From Candidatus Latescibacterota bacterium (GTDB taxonomy: Bacteria > Latescibacterota > UBA2968 > UBA8231), in the NCBI GenBank assembly GCA_965261395.1, contig OZ253462.1, forward strand, positions 4,672,001 to 4,736,000: DNA of 64,000 nucleotides. The letters run 5' to 3'. Of the stretch, positions 10,492 through 19,819 are shown one piece after another (positions within the stretch are counted from its first letter, which is position 1; every line of letters begins with the position of its first letter). Made by a program: the position numbers and the translations under genes. The notes under the pieces were generated by a model that was not told the DNA's origin, made no database searches, and saw only the letters and a list, made by a program, of their open reading frames with translations.

Positions 10492-11691
10492 TTAAACGGC
10501 CGCTTCCCGCCGCGTCCGCACCCAGTCGAGGATGCGGTCGGCGACCGCGGACTTGCTCAGCAGGGGCAGGGCTTCCTCGTGGCCGGCGACGTCGATCAGG
10601 GTCACGCGATTGGTATCGCCGGCGAAACCAGCTCCCTCGTCATTGAGCATGTTGAGCACGATTAAGTCGCCCCCCTTGCGCGCCAGCTTTTCCCGCGCCC
10701 GCTCCGGCCCCTTTTCCGTCTCCATCGCAAAGACGACCAGCAGCCGCTGGCCCTTGCGCTGACCCAACCCAGCGGCAATGTCTGGGTTTTCGACCAACTC
10801 GACAGAGCGAGACGCTGCATCGCGCTTGATTTTTTGCGCGGCCACCTCCTTGGCGCGGTAGTCGGCCGGGGCTGCCGCCAAAATTGCCCCATCTACTTGC
10901 TCAAACAAGGCTTCGACCGCGCGCTGCATGTCGAGCGTCGAGCGCACCGCCTGCCGCTCTACGCCAGCGGGCGCGGGCAGTGCAGTCGGCCCGGAAACCA
11001 GCCACACGCGCGCTCCGCGAGCAGCGGCTCGATCGGCTAGCGCATAGCCCATCTTGCCCGACGAGCGATTGGAAATAAAGCGCACCGGATCGAGGTCCTC
11101 GACCGTGGGACCGGCCGTTACCAGCAGCTTCAGCCCATCCAAGTCGCCGCTGCAATGCGCCGCGACCGCCGCGACCAACTCCGCTGGCTCGGGCATCCGC
11201 CCGCGGCCAACCGCACCCGACGCCAAAGGCCCTACCCCCGGGTCGAGCAGGTGGAACCCCCGCTGTGCCAAGGTCTGCACATTGGCCTCGACCGCGGCAT
11301 TGGCGAACATGTTCTCCTCCATCGACGGTGCCAGCAGGACGGGCACGTCCGCGCACAACAGCACCGAGGAGAGCAAGTCGTCGGCCAAGCCGCCGGCTAT
11401 GCGCCCCAAGCAGTGCGCCGTAGTCGGGGCCACCAAAATCAAGTCGGCCCACTCGGCTAACCCCACGTGCAGAACGGGAAATTCCGCGTCGCGGCTAAAC
11501 AAGTCGCTGTACACCAAATGGCGGGAAAGCACTTCCAACGTCTTAGGCGCGACGAACTCGCCAGCCGCGCGGGTCAGCACTACCCGTACCTCAGCGCCTT
11601 CAGCCGTCAGCAACCGCACGAGCTCCGGCGTCTTGTACGCGGCAATGCCACCAGTGACCCCGAGTAGGATGTTGCGGCCCTGCAAGCTCAT
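10492..11691 (-). CDS. coaBC: bifunctional phosphopantothenoylcysteine decarboxylase / phosphopantothenate-cysteine ligase
   Basis: Start reassigned to ATG 11691; GVTGGIAAYK, APSME, TAGPT.E.LDPVRFISNRSSGKMG. Confidence 0.95.
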   Translation of the reverse strand: MSLQGRNILLGVTGGIAAYKTPELVRLLTAEGAEVRVVLTRAAGEFVAPKTLEVLSRHLVYSDLFSRDAEFPVLHVGLAEWADLILVAPTTAHCLGRIAGGLADDLLSSVLLCADVPVLLAPSMEENMFANAAVEANVQTLAQRGFHLLDPGVGPLASGAVGRGRMPEPAELVAAVAAHCSGDLDGLKLLVTAGPTVEDLDPVRFISNRSSGKMGYALADRAAARGARVWLVSGPTALPAPAGVERQAVRSTLDMQRAVEALFEQVDGAILAAAPADYRAKEVAAQKIKRDAASRSVELVENPDIAAGLGQRKGQRLLVVFAMETEKGPERAREKLARKGGDLIVLNMLNDEGAGFAGDTNRVTLIDVAGHEEALPLLSKSAVADRILDWVRTRREAAV

Positions 11692-12242
11692 GGCTGATCG
11701 AGACGCGCCAAGATGTGCGCGCAGGCGGCTTGGGGATCGCAGCACTCGGTATCGACGACCAAGTCGTACACCGACAAGTCGCTGATGGCAATTTGGTGAT
11801 GCACAGCGTAGCGCTGGGCCTCGGACTCCTCGCGCTGGCGCGTTTCTGCGAGGGCTTGCGCCAGCGGCTTGCCCTCGCGCTGTCCCACGCGCTCGGCCCG
11901 CACGGCAGGCACCGCTTGGAGCCAGACCTTGAGGGCCGGAAGCTGGTGCCGCTGGGCCATCCAGCCGGTGAGCCTCCCTTCGACGACGACCGGCGCACAC
12001 GCCTGCGCTTGCGCGACCAAGCGCGCGTCGAGCTGGCGGTCGATGCAGCCATCGGCTTCGGCCCGCTGACCAAACTCGGCCAAGCTCACGCCCGCCTCTT
12101 GGGCCAGCTTGCGAAAGACGGCCCCGGCGTTGACATAAGCCCAGCCCAGCCGCGCACACAGCCGGTCGCACACCGTCGTGGTGCCGCTGCCAGCCAAGCC
12201 GCTGATGGTAATGATTTGCACGGGTGCCATGGATGCCGTCAC
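11688..12242 (-). CDS. cmk: cytidylate kinase, short archaeal-type (AAA/NK family)
   Basis: ITISGLAGSGTTT, G.VFR.LA...G, IDRQLD, VVEGRL.GW, R..R...RE, YDLVVDT; 184 aa; GTGA overlap with yicC (alternative ATG at 12230). Confidence 0.75.
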   Translation of the reverse strand: MTASMAPVQIITISGLAGSGTTTVCDRLCARLGWAYVNAGAVFRKLAQEAGVSLAEFGQRAEADGCIDRQLDARLVAQAQACAPVVVEGRLTGWMAQRHQLPALKVWLQAVPAVRAERVGQREGKPLAQALAETRQREESEAQRYAVHHQIAISDLSVYDLVVDTECCDPQAACAHILARLDQP

Positions 12243-13213
12243 GCCAAGTTTTGCACCTGCTCGCGCAGACGCTCAATCTCTTCTTTGATCTCGACTACCC
12301 AATGGGCGATGTCGGCGTCTGCGGCCTTGGCGCTGATGGTGTTGGCTTCGCGGTTCATTTCCTGCAAGAGAAAGTTCAAACGCTTGCCCATTTCGCCGCC
12401 CCGCGCCAAAGTGTCGAGGAACTGGGCATTGTGGCTGCGGAAGCGGACAATTTCCTCGACGATGTCACTGCGCTCGGCGAGCAGGGCGATCTCCGTGGCG
12501 AGGCGATCTTCGGCAACCGCCCCGGGCGCGAGCAGAGCGGCGATCTTTTCCCGCAGCCGTTCGGCCACCTGCCCTCGGGTCACCTGCGTGCGCTCGGCCA
12601 CGCTCTCTAGATGCACCCCCACCGCCTCGACGCGGCCGCGCAAGTCCGCAGCGAGGGTGCGTCCTTCGGCCGTGCGCATCGCCACCAGATCGGCCAGCGC
12701 TTCGTCCAGCCCCGCCCACAGTACCTCTTGTACGACCTCGCTATCCAATTCTGTGTCTTGGACGCGGAAGAGCTTGGGCAGCTTCGTTAGCAGCACCCGC
12801 TCGATCCCCACGTCGAGTTGCTCTAGCCTTTTAACGCGAGCAAAAAACGCCTTCCGCCGCGGCATCGTTGACCGGCTCTCCGCAGCTTCGATCTGGGCCA
12901 ATTCAGCTAGCCGCCGCAACTGGGCCAGATAGTGCTTGGCGGCCTCCTCGTCTAGCTGGGGCAGGGCCTCTGGCTGGCCCTCCCCGGCCCAAGCTAGATG
13001 CGCGCTTATTTTGCCGCGACTGACCTGCGCCTGAATCCGCTCGCGAATGGCCTGCTCAAAGGACTGGAGGTCAGCCGGGCAGCGCACCTGTATATCGAAG
13101 TAGCGGCTATTAACCGATCTCAACTCGACTGCGAGCCGCAAACCCTGCCGCTCGATCGCGGCGTGGCCAAAGCCGGTCATGCTGTGAATGGGGGCTCGCT
13201 CTTGCTCGTTCAT
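12239..13213 (-). CDS. yicC: YicC/YloC family endoribonuclease
   Basis: SMTGFG, ELRSVNSRYFD, DIVEEIVRFRSH, GKRLNFLLQEMNREANTISAK, EIERLREQVQN. Confidence 0.93.
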   Translation of the reverse strand: MNEQERAPIHSMTGFGHAAIERQGLRLAVELRSVNSRYFDIQVRCPADLQSFEQAIRERIQAQVSRGKISAHLAWAGEGQPEALPQLDEEAAKHYLAQLRRLAELAQIEAAESRSTMPRRKAFFARVKRLEQLDVGIERVLLTKLPKLFRVQDTELDSEVVQEVLWAGLDEALADLVAMRTAEGRTLAADLRGRVEAVGVHLESVAERTQVTRGQVAERLREKIAALLAPGAVAEDRLATEIALLAERSDIVEEIVRFRSHNAQFLDTLARGGEMGKRLNFLLQEMNREANTISAKAADADIAHWVVEIKEEIERLREQVQNLA

Positions 13214-13303
13214 AATGAATTCTCGTGGATTGAAGTTACAACGAAGTTACAACTAAGGAAGGTCGCTAAGGAGCAAACCCCATGCAAGAGAGGGCTGGCA
13301 GCC

Positions 13304-14545
13304 TCAGCGGCCTGGATCCACGGCAATGCGGACGATGGACGAAAAGCCGCCGAGCTGCGCTAGGATCTGGCCTTCGGCCGTGAATTTCAACAGCGCGTCG
13401 CTGGTCGCAATCCAAGCCCGCTGCTGCACTGCGTCGAAGGACAGGGCGCTGCCCCTAGGCACGTCGGTCCAATGCTGCTCCAAGGCCCCGTCGGCCGAGA
13501 ACACCGCCAGATCCCGTTCCCCCAGCACCCAGCAGTCGCCGCTCGCACCATCCACGGCCAGCCCCACAGCCGTGGCAAAAGGCAGGTCCACGCCGAGGAC
13601 TGTGCCCCTGCGGTTCAACCGCGTCAAGCTGTGGCCCGCATCGCCCAACAGCCACGCGGTTCTCCCTGCACCCGCCACCAGTGCCTCGGGGGCCGCGAGC
13701 GAGCGGAATTCAGCGGCGCGGGTGCCGTCGGTTCGGTAGAACAGCACTCGGCCTTGGGCTTGGTCGGCGATCCAGCAGCCCCCAGCCTGCGCGGCCAATG
13801 CCACGGGCTGGACAAAGGTGGCATCGACCGGGATGAGGGGGAGCGGATCGGTCGCGGCCAAGGAAAACCAAAAGACCCGCTGTCGCCCCGAGTCAACCAG
13901 CCAGCCAATCCGCGCGCCGGCATCAATGGCCAAGTCCCCGGGTGTCTCCACGGACGCAGCCAGCGAGGCCAACGCACCGTCTTCCGCAATCCGGTACAGC
14001 CCGGCAAACCCCCGGTCGCTGACCCAGCACGAACCATCGGCCACGTCGAGCGCAATCGTCGCCAAGTCGAAAAAGCGCCCCTGGGCAAAATGCGCGCTGC
14101 GCGCATCCGCGCTGATTTTCCACACCAGCCCGGAGTGGCGGTCGGCCACCCAAGCGATTTCCGGGCCGGGCGTAGCAGGCACGGGACGGCCGCTGGGGCG
14201 CTCGGCTTCCCCGGCGACGAACAAGCTGAGTTGGTACTCGTAGTTCATCCCGTTTTGCACCGCGGAGTCCACGTACGCGGTCGCGTTCGACGCCAGCACC
14301 GAGGTGATCGGCTCCCACTCGTCCTCGGGCTGACGGCGGTAGAGTCGGTAGCCTTCGATGTCGAAAAAGTGGGAAAAATCCCACTGCAACTCGACTTGAC
14401 CGTCGAGCGCCAAGGCCGTCAAAGCGCTGAACGACTCGCTCTGCGGGTCGTTGGCTTGCGGGTCGAGGGGATTGCGCCGCGGGCGATCGCTGCAAGCTAA
14501 GACCAGCGCGCCGATGCAGCACCCTATCCAGAGACAACGTCTCAC
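13304..14545 (-). CDS. lipoprotein with FN3-like domain and NHL/beta-propeller repeats
   Basis: Lipobox VLAC; RxNPLDP; V.L.W...GYRLYRR...Y.D..V.NG..Y.Y; repeated CWV.D blades. Confidence 0.7.
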   Translation of the reverse strand: MRRCLWIGCCIGALVLACSDRPRRNPLDPQANDPQSESFSALTALALDGQVELQWDFSHFFDIEGYRLYRRQPEDEWEPITSVLASNATAYVDSAVQNGMNYEYQLSLFVAGEAERPSGRPVPATPGPEIAWVADRHSGLVWKISADARSAHFAQGRFFDLATIALDVADGSCWVSDRGFAGLYRIAEDGALASLAASVETPGDLAIDAGARIGWLVDSGRQRVFWFSLAATDPLPLIPVDATFVQPVALAAQAGGCWIADQAQGRVLFYRTDGTRAAEFRSLAAPEALVAGAGRTAWLLGDAGHSLTRLNRRGTVLGVDLPFATAVGLAVDGASGDCWVLGERDLAVFSADGALEQHWTDVPRGSALSFDAVQQRAWIATSDALLKFTAEGQILAQLGGFSSIVRIAVDPGR

Positions 14546-14973
14546 GACTTAAAACCAAAAAAGAGCAGGTACGAACTGAGCACCAAGCCGACTTCCATGC
14601 CGACAAACGCCGTGCTGGCCACGCGGTCAAAGTCCTTGGCCGCGGCCAATTCTCGCTGCTGACGCTTGGTGCTGGCCGAGCGCAAATAGCGGTCGTACGC
14701 GGCGTCGGCCCGCTCCTTGCTCCAATAGGCCACCGCGCCGGCTCCCACGGCCAAGGCCGCGCTCAAGTAGAGCTTCTTGCGCGAGCGTTTCTCCTTGGGC
14801 GGAGCCTCGGATGTGGTTGATATCGACTGCTGCCTAAGCCTCGGCTGCTCGGCCCATTGTGCCGCTAAGGCCGCTTCCAATTGGACCAGCCGCCGAGGTA
14901 GCTCCAACGGCTCGGCCCATGTCGGAGTACCACTTGCGACCAGCAGCAAGCACCAAGCAATCGTCTTTTTCAT
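14542..14973 (-). CDS. hypothetical exported/membrane protein
   Basis: Signal peptide plus two hydrophobic segments, ADAAYDRY motif; 4-nt overlap with the downstream gene. Confidence 0.65.
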   Translation of the reverse strand: MKKTIAWCLLLVASGTPTWAEPLELPRRLVQLEAALAAQWAEQPRLRQQSISTTSEAPPKEKRSRKKLYLSAALAVGAGAVAYWSKERADAAYDRYLRSASTKRQQRELAAAKDFDRVASTAFVGMEVGLVLSSYLLFFGFKS

Positions 14974-14987
14974 GCCGTTTCCCTCGC

Positions 14988-16049
14988 TTAGTGGTGTCCA
15001 AACACGTAGAGGACCCGCTTCTCAGTGGCGACGGTGATGACCTCCTCACCCAAGGACACCGGCGCCAAAACGGGGCCATCCAATCGGTATTTCCACAACA
15101 AGTGCCCGCCTTGGAGATCCAAGGCATAGAGGTAGCCGTCGCTGGAAGCACCATACGCGGTGTGATCCGTGGCGACCGGACTGCTCCGCACCACGCCCTC
15201 GGTGGCAAACGTCCACCGCACTGCTCCAGTGGCCACGTCTAGCCCATAGAAGTGGCGGTCGGCACAGCCGACCACCAACACGCCTGCAGCCAGCGCCAGC
15301 TCCGCAGTCGGCAACGCGCCCAAGGCTCGCTCCCACACCACCCGGCCAGAGTCGCGGCGTGCGGCTAGTACCCGGCCGGAGGCTGTCGCCGTAACTATTT
15401 GTTCATCAGTGGTTACGGGACGAGACCTTATGGCTTCCCCCAAGCTCGTGCGCCAGCGCTCGTGGCCGGTTTCCGCGCTCAGGGCCACCAAGTCCCCGGA
15501 CGCCGTGCCGGCAACCGCGAGGTCGCCGCTCAGCGCCAGCCCGGTCCGCGATAGCCCGCCCAATTCGGCGCGCCACAGCAAATGCCCGTCGGCGAGCCGC
15601 AGCGCCTGCACTGCTCCTTCATCATCAATCGCGATCAGGGTATCGCCACGCACGACCGGCACCTGACAAAACGCACCCTCATGCCGCCAACGCTCGTCCG
15701 CAGTCCGTCGGTCTAAAACCCGTAAGCTAGGTTTGCGGCCCAGCACCCCCAGCGCGTACAGCGCCCCGGCCAACTGCCCGGGGGCACACGCCATCTTGTC
15801 GTATCCGTGCTTCCCCAATTGGACCCCGTTGCGCCGGTCCAGCGCATAGAGGGTCGGCTCGGTGGTCAATTGTAGGATCAGATCCCCGGCAAAGAGCGCG
15901 CCGCCCAGCGGCGAGCTGTCCATTTTGTGCGTCCACAAAAGTTGCAGCGGCGGCTCAACCCCCACCGCGCCATGCCTCGGCTCGCCGAAGTAGAGCACCT
16001 TTTCGCCACAGGCCGCCAAAAGGCAGAATCCGAGCAGGGCGTAACGCAT
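14988..16049 (-). CDS. PQQ-like beta-propeller lipoprotein (BamB-like)
   Basis: Lipobox LAAC; repeated LYALD..TG...W blades. Confidence 0.8.
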   Translation of the reverse strand: MRYALLGFCLLAACGEKVLYFGEPRHGAVGVEPPLQLLWTHKMDSSPLGGALFAGDLILQLTTEPTLYALDRRNGVQLGKHGYDKMACAPGQLAGALYALGVLGRKPSLRVLDRRTADERWRHEGAFCQVPVVRGDTLIAIDDEGAVQALRLADGHLLWRAELGGLSRTGLALSGDLAVAGTASGDLVALSAETGHERWRTSLGEAIRSRPVTTDEQIVTATASGRVLAARRDSGRVVWERALGALPTAELALAAGVLVVGCADRHFYGLDVATGAVRWTFATEGVVRSSPVATDHTAYGASSDGYLYALDLQGGHLLWKYRLDGPVLAPVSLGEEVITVATEKRVLYVFGHH

Positions 16050-18845
16050 TTAATAGTCCCAACCAAAGAAGAAATCCCAGCGCGTGTCGCCATCTATGGA
16101 CTTGAAGTCCGTGCGCCGCGCCGCATCCACGCGAAAGACGAAAACTCCACCCAAGGCCAAGCGCACCCCCGCACCAAACGCCGCGCGCCATTGGTCGAAA
16201 TCGTCGTTCCACGCATTGCCCGCGTCGAAAAAGAGCGCGCCCCGAAAGGCGCTAAACTCCATGGCCCCAAACGGAAAGTGGAGCAAGAACCGATCGACCA
16301 AGGGGAAGCGCAACTCTTGGTTGTACAGCACCATCTTGCTGCCCCACAGCGAGCGCCAGCGATAGCCCCGCAGCGTCCAACTGCCCCCCAAGGAGGTAAA
16401 TTCGGGCACCGCGCCAGTGGAGCGTCGGCCCATCAGGCGCACGGCTACCGCGCTGCGCTGCGAGAGGCGAAAGTAGTGCCGGTAGTCGCCAAAGAGCGTG
16501 ATATTGAACCGCCGCGAGGTTTTAAAGTCGATCGTCTGCGCCAGCCCAAAGCTATAGCGCCGGCCCTCCAGCGGCCCGGTCGGAATCCACAGGCTGCTGT
16601 CGTGGGTATAGCTGACGTAGTTGTTGGCCAACCATCCCGACAGCCTCCGCCCTTCGAATTGTCGGTCGATTTCAGCGTGGCGCAGCGAGAGCCGGGTGTC
16701 GATGCGGTCGTGCCGGGAAAAGGGATAGCTCAACCCAATGTGGGCACCCAAACGCTCTTCGCGCACAAACCGGCCAAAGCGGCTCGAAAAGCGGTCGTTG
16801 AGCCGGAACGCGCCCCAATACACGTTGATCCGCTGACCGAGGTGGAGGCGCGTAAAGGCCATGTTCAGGCCGTCGAAAAAGCCAGATCGGCTGTCGGCAA
16901 GGTGCGAAAGCACAAAGTGGTACTGGTCGTTACCCAGTACGTCGCTCAGGGCCACTTGGATGCCGCCCGAGGTGCCAAATTCCGGGTCCTGCGAGATCTG
17001 GCCTTGGGCTATGTCGAGGCTCATCTTGCGCTCATAGGGCCGGATGGCGACCTCGCTCTGGCCGTGCAGGCCCGCCAAAGACCACGGCTCGGCCAGTGCC
17101 TCCTCGATAGGCTGGTAGCTGACCTGCGCGCTGTCGGCCCAATCCACGGCGAGCTCGTAAATCTGCAAGCCTCCGCTCTCATATCCGGAAAAGAGCAGGT
17201 GCTGGCCGTCGGCCAAGAGCACCGGATCAAACGCGCCCGTCAACACGTGGGTTAAACGCCGGGTCGCAGTGCGTTCGCCGGCTAGCTGCAAAGCGTAGAT
17301 GTTGTACGCACCAGCGCGGTCAGAGCTAAAGACGATGTGCTCGCCGTCCGGAGACCAGCGCGGCTGCCCGTCGTTGTGCTCACCCTGGCTGAGGGCCGAG
17401 ATCTGCTCGGTCGCCAAATCGTACAGGAACAGATTGTAGTGCCCGCGCCGCCCACCAAGCCAGCGGTCGGAGCTGAAGACGATCCGCTGACCATCCGGAG
17501 ACCAGTCGGGCTCGCGGTCGTGATAGAGGTCACGGCGCAAGGCGCGCAGACTATCGCCTGTCACAGCGACCAGATAAATGTCGGTCCAGCCCCCTTCGTC
17601 GCTGCCGGCAAAGGCCAGCCGCTGCCCGTCGGGCGCAAACGACGGCGATGCCATCGCGACGATCTCGGCAAACGACAGATCCGCCACCGCGCGCTTTTGT
17701 TCCACATCCCAGATGTACAGGTGATCGCGGCCCCGGCTCTTGGCCGCAAACGCCAGCCACTTGCCATCTGGGGAGGCGGCCAGCCGCGTCGAGAGCGGGT
17801 GCAGGGATTCAAAGACCGGCAGGCGCTCGCCTTCGACTATGACCTCCGGCGCACTATCGTCGTCGCGGCGCGCGCGGACGATCTGCGTATAGCCTTGACT
17901 GTTGCGGAAGTGGTAGAACGCGCTGCTATCTCCGGGAACGATTTCGGGCTTGATGTTAAAGCCGCGCTGCGTGCGTGCGGTGGCCAATTCGGACGGGGGA
18001 TCGCGGTCGGCAATCGCCGGCAGGTGGCGCTTGTGCAGGTAGTATTGCCACGCCTGATCGAACTTGTCCAAGCTCTCGCCGGTGGTGATCGCAAAAATTT
18101 CGGCAAAGGTTTCGCCCCGCCACCAGTTGGCAAAGAGCTGTTCGAACACGTCGGCTCCGTGCCGCGCCGCCATAAAGTGGCAGATCGACTCGCCTTCCTT
18201 GTACATCTGATAGGTGCCGTAGATGCGGTACATCTCGGCGATGGGCACCAGCCGCCGCGCAAAGAGCGCATCGCGCACCACCATGTCGCCAAAGCTGGTG
18301 CGCTCGCTGGACCAGTACTCGGCCAGCCCTTCGGAAAACCACAGGGGGGCCGGGCGGAAGTCCAACACCCCGTGCTGCGACAATACCCGCGCGATCCGGT
18401 CAAACGTGAAGACGTGGACTAACTCGTGGTGCAGCACCCGCTCGAATTCGGGCAGGGAGCCGCTCAGCGGCAGCGCGACCCGCCCCTTGAGGTATTCGGT
18501 GAAACCCGCTACCCCTTCGGGCAGGAGATTGGGGATGATGTTCGTCTGTTCAAAGTAGATGTGCGAGGAATAGACCACCAGCGGCACCCGCCGCTGCACG
18601 GTGTGGGCGAACTTTTTTTCCAAGTCGATAAACTGGCGCTCGGCCATTTGCGCGGCATACGCGGCCAACTCGGCCTCTTCGGCAAAGAAGTACACGTCAA
18701 AGTGCGCGGTCTCCATTTTCCGCCACGCAAACTCCGCGTACTGCACCTTGTTGCGGCCAAAGCCCTGGCCGAAGGCGGCCGAGGCCACCAGCACCCAAAC
18801 GAGCGCAACCCATGCCCTGCCGCGCATTGCAATCCTCTCTACCAC
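16050..18845 (-). CDS. peptidase MA-like / PD40 (TolB-like) / Omp85 beta-barrel outer-membrane protein
   Basis: FGRNKVQY, HHELVH...WFSEGLAEY gluzincin motif, repeated PxWSPDG, LGG..TLRGY, ELRFP, LFFDAGNAW, terminal FFFGWDY. Confidence 0.85.
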   Translation of the reverse strand: MVERIAMRGRAWVALVWVLVASAAFGQGFGRNKVQYAEFAWRKMETAHFDVYFFAEEAELAAYAAQMAERQFIDLEKKFAHTVQRRVPLVVYSSHIYFEQTNIIPNLLPEGVAGFTEYLKGRVALPLSGSLPEFERVLHHELVHVFTFDRIARVLSQHGVLDFRPAPLWFSEGLAEYWSSERTSFGDMVVRDALFARRLVPIAEMYRIYGTYQMYKEGESICHFMAARHGADVFEQLFANWWRGETFAEIFAITTGESLDKFDQAWQYYLHKRHLPAIADRDPPSELATARTQRGFNIKPEIVPGDSSAFYHFRNSQGYTQIVRARRDDDSAPEVIVEGERLPVFESLHPLSTRLAASPDGKWLAFAAKSRGRDHLYIWDVEQKRAVADLSFAEIVAMASPSFAPDGQRLAFAGSDEGGWTDIYLVAVTGDSLRALRRDLYHDREPDWSPDGQRIVFSSDRWLGGRRGHYNLFLYDLATEQISALSQGEHNDGQPRWSPDGEHIVFSSDRAGAYNIYALQLAGERTATRRLTHVLTGAFDPVLLADGQHLLFSGYESGGLQIYELAVDWADSAQVSYQPIEEALAEPWSLAGLHGQSEVAIRPYERKMSLDIAQGQISQDPEFGTSGGIQVALSDVLGNDQYHFVLSHLADSRSGFFDGLNMAFTRLHLGQRINVYWGAFRLNDRFSSRFGRFVREERLGAHIGLSYPFSRHDRIDTRLSLRHAEIDRQFEGRRLSGWLANNYVSYTHDSSLWIPTGPLEGRRYSFGLAQTIDFKTSRRFNITLFGDYRHYFRLSQRSAVAVRLMGRRSTGAVPEFTSLGGSWTLRGYRWRSLWGSKMVLYNQELRFPLVDRFLLHFPFGAMEFSAFRGALFFDAGNAWNDDFDQWRAAFGAGVRLALGGVFVFRVDAARRTDFKSIDGDTRWDFFFGWDY

Positions 18846-18852
18846 GCCCCGC

Positions 18853-19722
18853 TCAGTGCAAGTCGCGCAAAAACGACGGGCTGAGCACGCCGTGCGCCAC
18901 TTCGGAGACCGGCCCTTTCATCGTCAGGTCGTAGCTTGCGCTTACGTCGATGTGCAAGGTTCCGCCCGGGGCCTTAACCGCAACTGGACTTTTGACCAAG
19001 CCCAGCCGCACCGCCGCACTCGCAGCCGCACACGCCGACGACCCCGACGCCTGCGTTTCACCCGCACCGCGCTCCCATATCAGGATGTAGATCGCGTGAG
19101 GCCCCACGGGCACGGCGAACTGGACGTTGGTGCGCCGGGGGAAGAGCGGATGATTTTCTAGCTCCGGCCCCAAAGAGCGCAGTTCGTCCTCGGTCCACCG
19201 AGTACCCTGTTCGCGAAAGATGATGCAGTGGGGGTTGCCGACGCTGACGCCGGTAAAGGTCAAGGTCTGCCCGCCGACATCGATCGGCTGCGCGACCAGC
19301 TCTTCGGCTTCCAGCGTGCAGGGCAAGGCTTGCGGCGCAAACGTAGCCCGCCCCATCTGCACCGTGGCGGTGCTGGCGTCGCCATGCTGGTCAATGTGCA
19401 ATTCGATGCTTACTAGGCCGCCCTCCGTTTCGACGGTGAACTGCTGCTTTTGCACCTGGCCGGTGGCGTGCAGATAGCGGGCGAATATCCGCAGGCCATT
19501 GCCCGACTTTTCCGCCTCGCTGCCGTCGGGATTGTAGATCCGCAGGCCAAAGTCGGCCTTTTGCGACGACGCCAGCGCGAGAATGCCGTCGCTGCCCACG
19601 CCCCAATGGCGGTCGCAGATCGTGCGAATATTATCCGGTGTCAGCTCGAAGCTGAGCGCGGCCGGATCGACGGCAATGTAGTCATTGCCGAGGCCGTGCC
19701 CCTTGAAAAATTCGTTGTCCAT
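18853..19722 (-). CDS. dapF: diaminopimelate epimerase
   Basis: KGHGLGNDY, GVGSDG, NPDGSEAEKSGNG, VGNPH, ERGAGETQASGS. Both catalytic positions read Ser rather than Cys. Confidence 0.88.
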   Translation of the reverse strand: MDNEFFKGHGLGNDYIAVDPAALSFELTPDNIRTICDRHWGVGSDGILALASSQKADFGLRIYNPDGSEAEKSGNGLRIFARYLHATGQVQKQQFTVETEGGLVSIELHIDQHGDASTATVQMGRATFAPQALPCTLEAEELVAQPIDVGGQTLTFTGVSVGNPHCIIFREQGTRWTEDELRSLGPELENHPLFPRRTNVQFAVPVGPHAIYILIWERGAGETQASGSSACAAASAAVRLGLVKSPVAVKAPGGTLHIDVSASYDLTMKGPVSEVAHGVLSPSFLRDLH

Positions 19723-19749
19723 ACGTGCCCTTTCTCTTTTGTCTTGCAA

Positions 19750-19778
19750 AACTTAGGCCCCTGCCCAAGCAGGGTCAA
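19750..19778 (-). promoter_or_regulatory. putative sigma70 promoter for the dapF operon (TTGACC-17-TAAGTT)
   Basis: Reverse complement of 19750-19778. Confidence 0.5.
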
Positions 19779-19784
19779 TCCGAG

Positions 19785-19812
19785 TTGCCGAGGGGTATCC
19801 AGCCGGTATATT
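19785..19812 (+). promoter_or_regulatory. putative sigma70 promoter (TTGCCG-16-TATATT), leaderless
   Basis: The -10 element ends 7 nt before ATG 19820 and there is no RBS. Confidence 0.5.
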
Positions 19813-19819
19813 AGCCATC

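Noticed and set aside
11692-12276. Apparent N-terminal extension making CoaBC 594 aa (similar extensions on ORFs 960, 27857, 34606, 53785, 60177)
   Set aside because: The extensions overlap neighbouring genes or promoters in another frame; downstream starts give normal proteins with translational coupling.
15927-17255. Long ORFs overlapping real genes (e.g. 15927-17255, 11715-12932, 17337-18422, 4718-5680, 13472-14500, 33063-34055)
   Set aside because: Antisense or alternate-frame shadows of well-supported genes, expected in GC-rich DNA; no recognisable motifs.
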